From positions 288,001-352,000 of the forward strand of contig CAWFGE010000012.1 in the NCBI GenBank assembly GCA_963815195.1: DNA of 64,000 bases, written 5' to 3'. The notes beneath the pieces are model-generated. The model ran no database searches. It had not been told where the DNA came from and was given only the letters and a program-made list of their open reading frames with translations. This stretch comes from an uncultured Planctomycetaceae bacterium. Lineage in GTDB: Bacteria; Planctomycetota; Planctomycetia; Planctomycetales; Planctomycetaceae. The translations under genes and the position numbers were made by a program. The first letter of the stretch is position 1. Every line of letters begins with the position of its first letter. Shown here one piece after another: positions 61,701 through 64,000 of the stretch.

Positions 61701-64000
61701 TACCGACGACCTTTCGACGGACGGTCCGGGAACCTACACCGAAAACGTCACAATCAACAAGGACGTGACGATTCAGGCGACCGAACTCGACCCAACCGCC
61801 GTCATCGTGGACGGCAGCGCCGCCGGTTCCGTGATCACCATTACCGCGGGCAACACGGTCACGCTCGATTCGCTGACCATCCAAAACGGGTCCGCGACGA
61901 ATGGCGGCGGCATCAACAACGCCGGCACGCTGACGCTCACCAACAGCATCGTTCAAAACAACACCGCGACGACCAACGGCGGGGGGATCTTCAATGCCTC
62001 CACGGGCATCGCCACGGTGACCGGCGCGTCGGTGATCTCCGGCAACACGGCCAGCGGCAGCTTGGTGCCGGAGGGCGGCGGCGGAATCTTTAACGAGGGC
62101 GGCGGGATGATCACGGTCGATGGCTCCTCCATCGTCCAAAACAACACCGCCACCGCCAGCCGAGGCGGTGGGATCTTCAACAGCCTGGACGGCACGTTGA
62201 TTGTTCAAGGCGGAGCGCAGATCAGCGGCAATGCCGCGGGCACGGTCCCCGGGACCCAACGGTTCGGCGGGGGAATCTACAACCGCGGGACAGCGACGAT
62301 TCAAGGCGGAACCCAGATCACGGGCAATACCGCCACCGATCAGGGCGGCGGCATCTACAGCGCCTCGATGGGCACGACGACGGTTCAAGGCGGAGCGCAG
62401 ATCACGGGCAATAGCGCCAACAATGATGGCGGCGGGATCTTCAACAACGCCGGCGGGACACTGACAATCCAGGACGGAACCCAGATCAGCGGCAATACCG
62501 CCAACGATGACGGGGGCGGGGTTTACAATCTCGGCGATCTCACCATCGATAGCGCCACCATCGGTGGAACGGGCGTGGGCAACACCGCCGGCAGCGACGG
62601 TGGCGGGATTTACTTCGATGATGGGACGGTGACCATCACCAACGCGACCATCGACGGCAACACCGCGAGCGGTAGCGCCTCAAACAACGGCGGCGGCGGG
62701 ATTTTTGTCGATGATGGGGAGACCTTATCCCTGAATAGCACCGTGAGCATTACGAACAACGTCGCCAACGGCGCGCTCGGCTCGGGCGGCGGGATCTTCG
62801 TCGATACGGGAGCCGCGCTGAGCTTGACCGGCACGACGGTCACCGGCAACACCGCCAAACGCGCCGGCGGCGGCATCGAAGACAACTCCGGCAACACCAC
62901 GTTTGTCACATTGACCGACGCGACGTTGAACAACAACGTCGCCCTGGGCACGGGATCGGCCCCCGGCAACGGCGGCGGCCTGCACATCACGGGCGCCGGC
63001 CAGGTGACGATCAGCGGGGGGACCATCAATAATAACACCGCCGCCGAGGAAGGCGGCGGCCTGTGGAACTCCGGCACGGGCGATGGTGGCCATTCAGAAA
63101 GCGGCGTAGGTGGCACGCTCATCCAAGGCAACGTGGCCAACGGCGACCTCACCGAGCAGGGCGGCGGCGGGGTGTTCAACGACGGCGGCACGATCGATCT
63201 CGTGGGGGCGGCGATCAATGCCAATATCTCCACAGCCACGGCCACCGGCAACGGCGGCGGCGGGATCTTTAACCGCGGTACCGTGAACCTCATTGGAACG
63301 AACGTCGCCGGTAATCAGGCCGCGAACGGCTCTGCGAGCGGCGGCGGGATCCTGAATTCCATCGGGGCGACGCTGACGGTGAGCGGCGGCAGCATCACCG
63401 GCAACACCGCCAACCGCGCGGGTGGCGGCATCGAAGACAATTCCGGCCCCGGCCTCGGTGTGACGCTCATCGATGTCTCCTTGGACAACAACGTCGCCCA
63501 AGGCGCCCCGGCAACGGCGGCGGCCTGCATGTCACCGGGGCAGGCGATGTCTCCATCACGGGAGGCACGGTCAGCGGCAACAGCGCGGCCCTCGAAGGCG
63601 GCGGCCTGTGGAACGGCACCGGCACCATGACCATCACCGGCACGACCTTCATCGGAAACACCGCCAGCGGCAATGCGGCCGACGACGGCGGCGGCGCGAT
63701 CTTCAACAACGGCGGCACCCTGAACATTACCGACGCCATCTTCTCCACCAACGTGGCGGATGGCGCGCTGGGCAGCGGCGGCGGGATCTTTAATAACGGC
63801 GGAATTCTGTTGCTCGTCAACTCGCAAGTGGGATCCGGAAGCAGCGGGAATACGGCCACTTTCAATGGCGGCGGGATCTTCAGCACCGGCGGAGACGTGA
63901 CCATTCTCTCGAGCAGCATCAGCTCAAACGTCTCGGGTGCGGCGCTCATCGGCACCGGCGGCGGCGGGATCTTTAACGACAGCGAGATGACGATTGTCGG
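58795..64000 (+). CDS. Giant planctomycete extracellular beta-helix protein (adhesin-like), frameshift near 63507, runs off right edge
   Basis: EVLEDRTLLS motif after a basic N-terminus; dozens of GGGI.N / I.GN.A Pmp-like repeats; GG.VAPG.SPG...YDQL.V.G autotransporter-like segment; one extra C in the C4 run at 63506-63509 restores APGNGGGLHV. Confidence 0.9.

Overview
GC-rich bacterial chromosomal window, almost certainly from a planctomycete (DUF1559 prepilin-like gene with H-X9-DG motif, LEDRxLL-type extracellular giant protein, kinase-nSTAND-FGE fusion, dense REP-like repeats). It holds about 48 genes: a P3A H+-ATPase with a sigma-54 promoter, hemerythrin, GNAT-nitrilase, an AT-richer DUF1559 islet, an ArsR/SRPBCC/YdeI-CDGSH operon, coxM/coxS without a coxL, a TPR-ExbB-ExbD-(PD40/TonB-like/alpha-alpha barrel) operon, PPi-PFK and SIS sugar genes interrupted by an HNH cassette, dapB, a secreted tandem cyanophycinase-like protein, a MITE-flanked ABC exporter, an RluB-like synthase, an EboF-like phosphodiesterase, a sulfatase, a WecA-like transferase, hisD, a kinase-STAND-FGE/Cys-rich/GT25-sulfotransferase cluster, and an ECF sigma/anti-sigma pair divergent from a giant beta-helix surface protein. 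At least nine genes carry single-base frameshifts, several in homopolymers; these are most likely long-read errors. No rRNA, tRNA, CRISPR array, integrase or transposase was recognised. The best candidate for an undescribed system is the rearranged Ton/Tol-like motor operon at 14808-23265. All family assignments come from motif recognition by eye, not from database searches.
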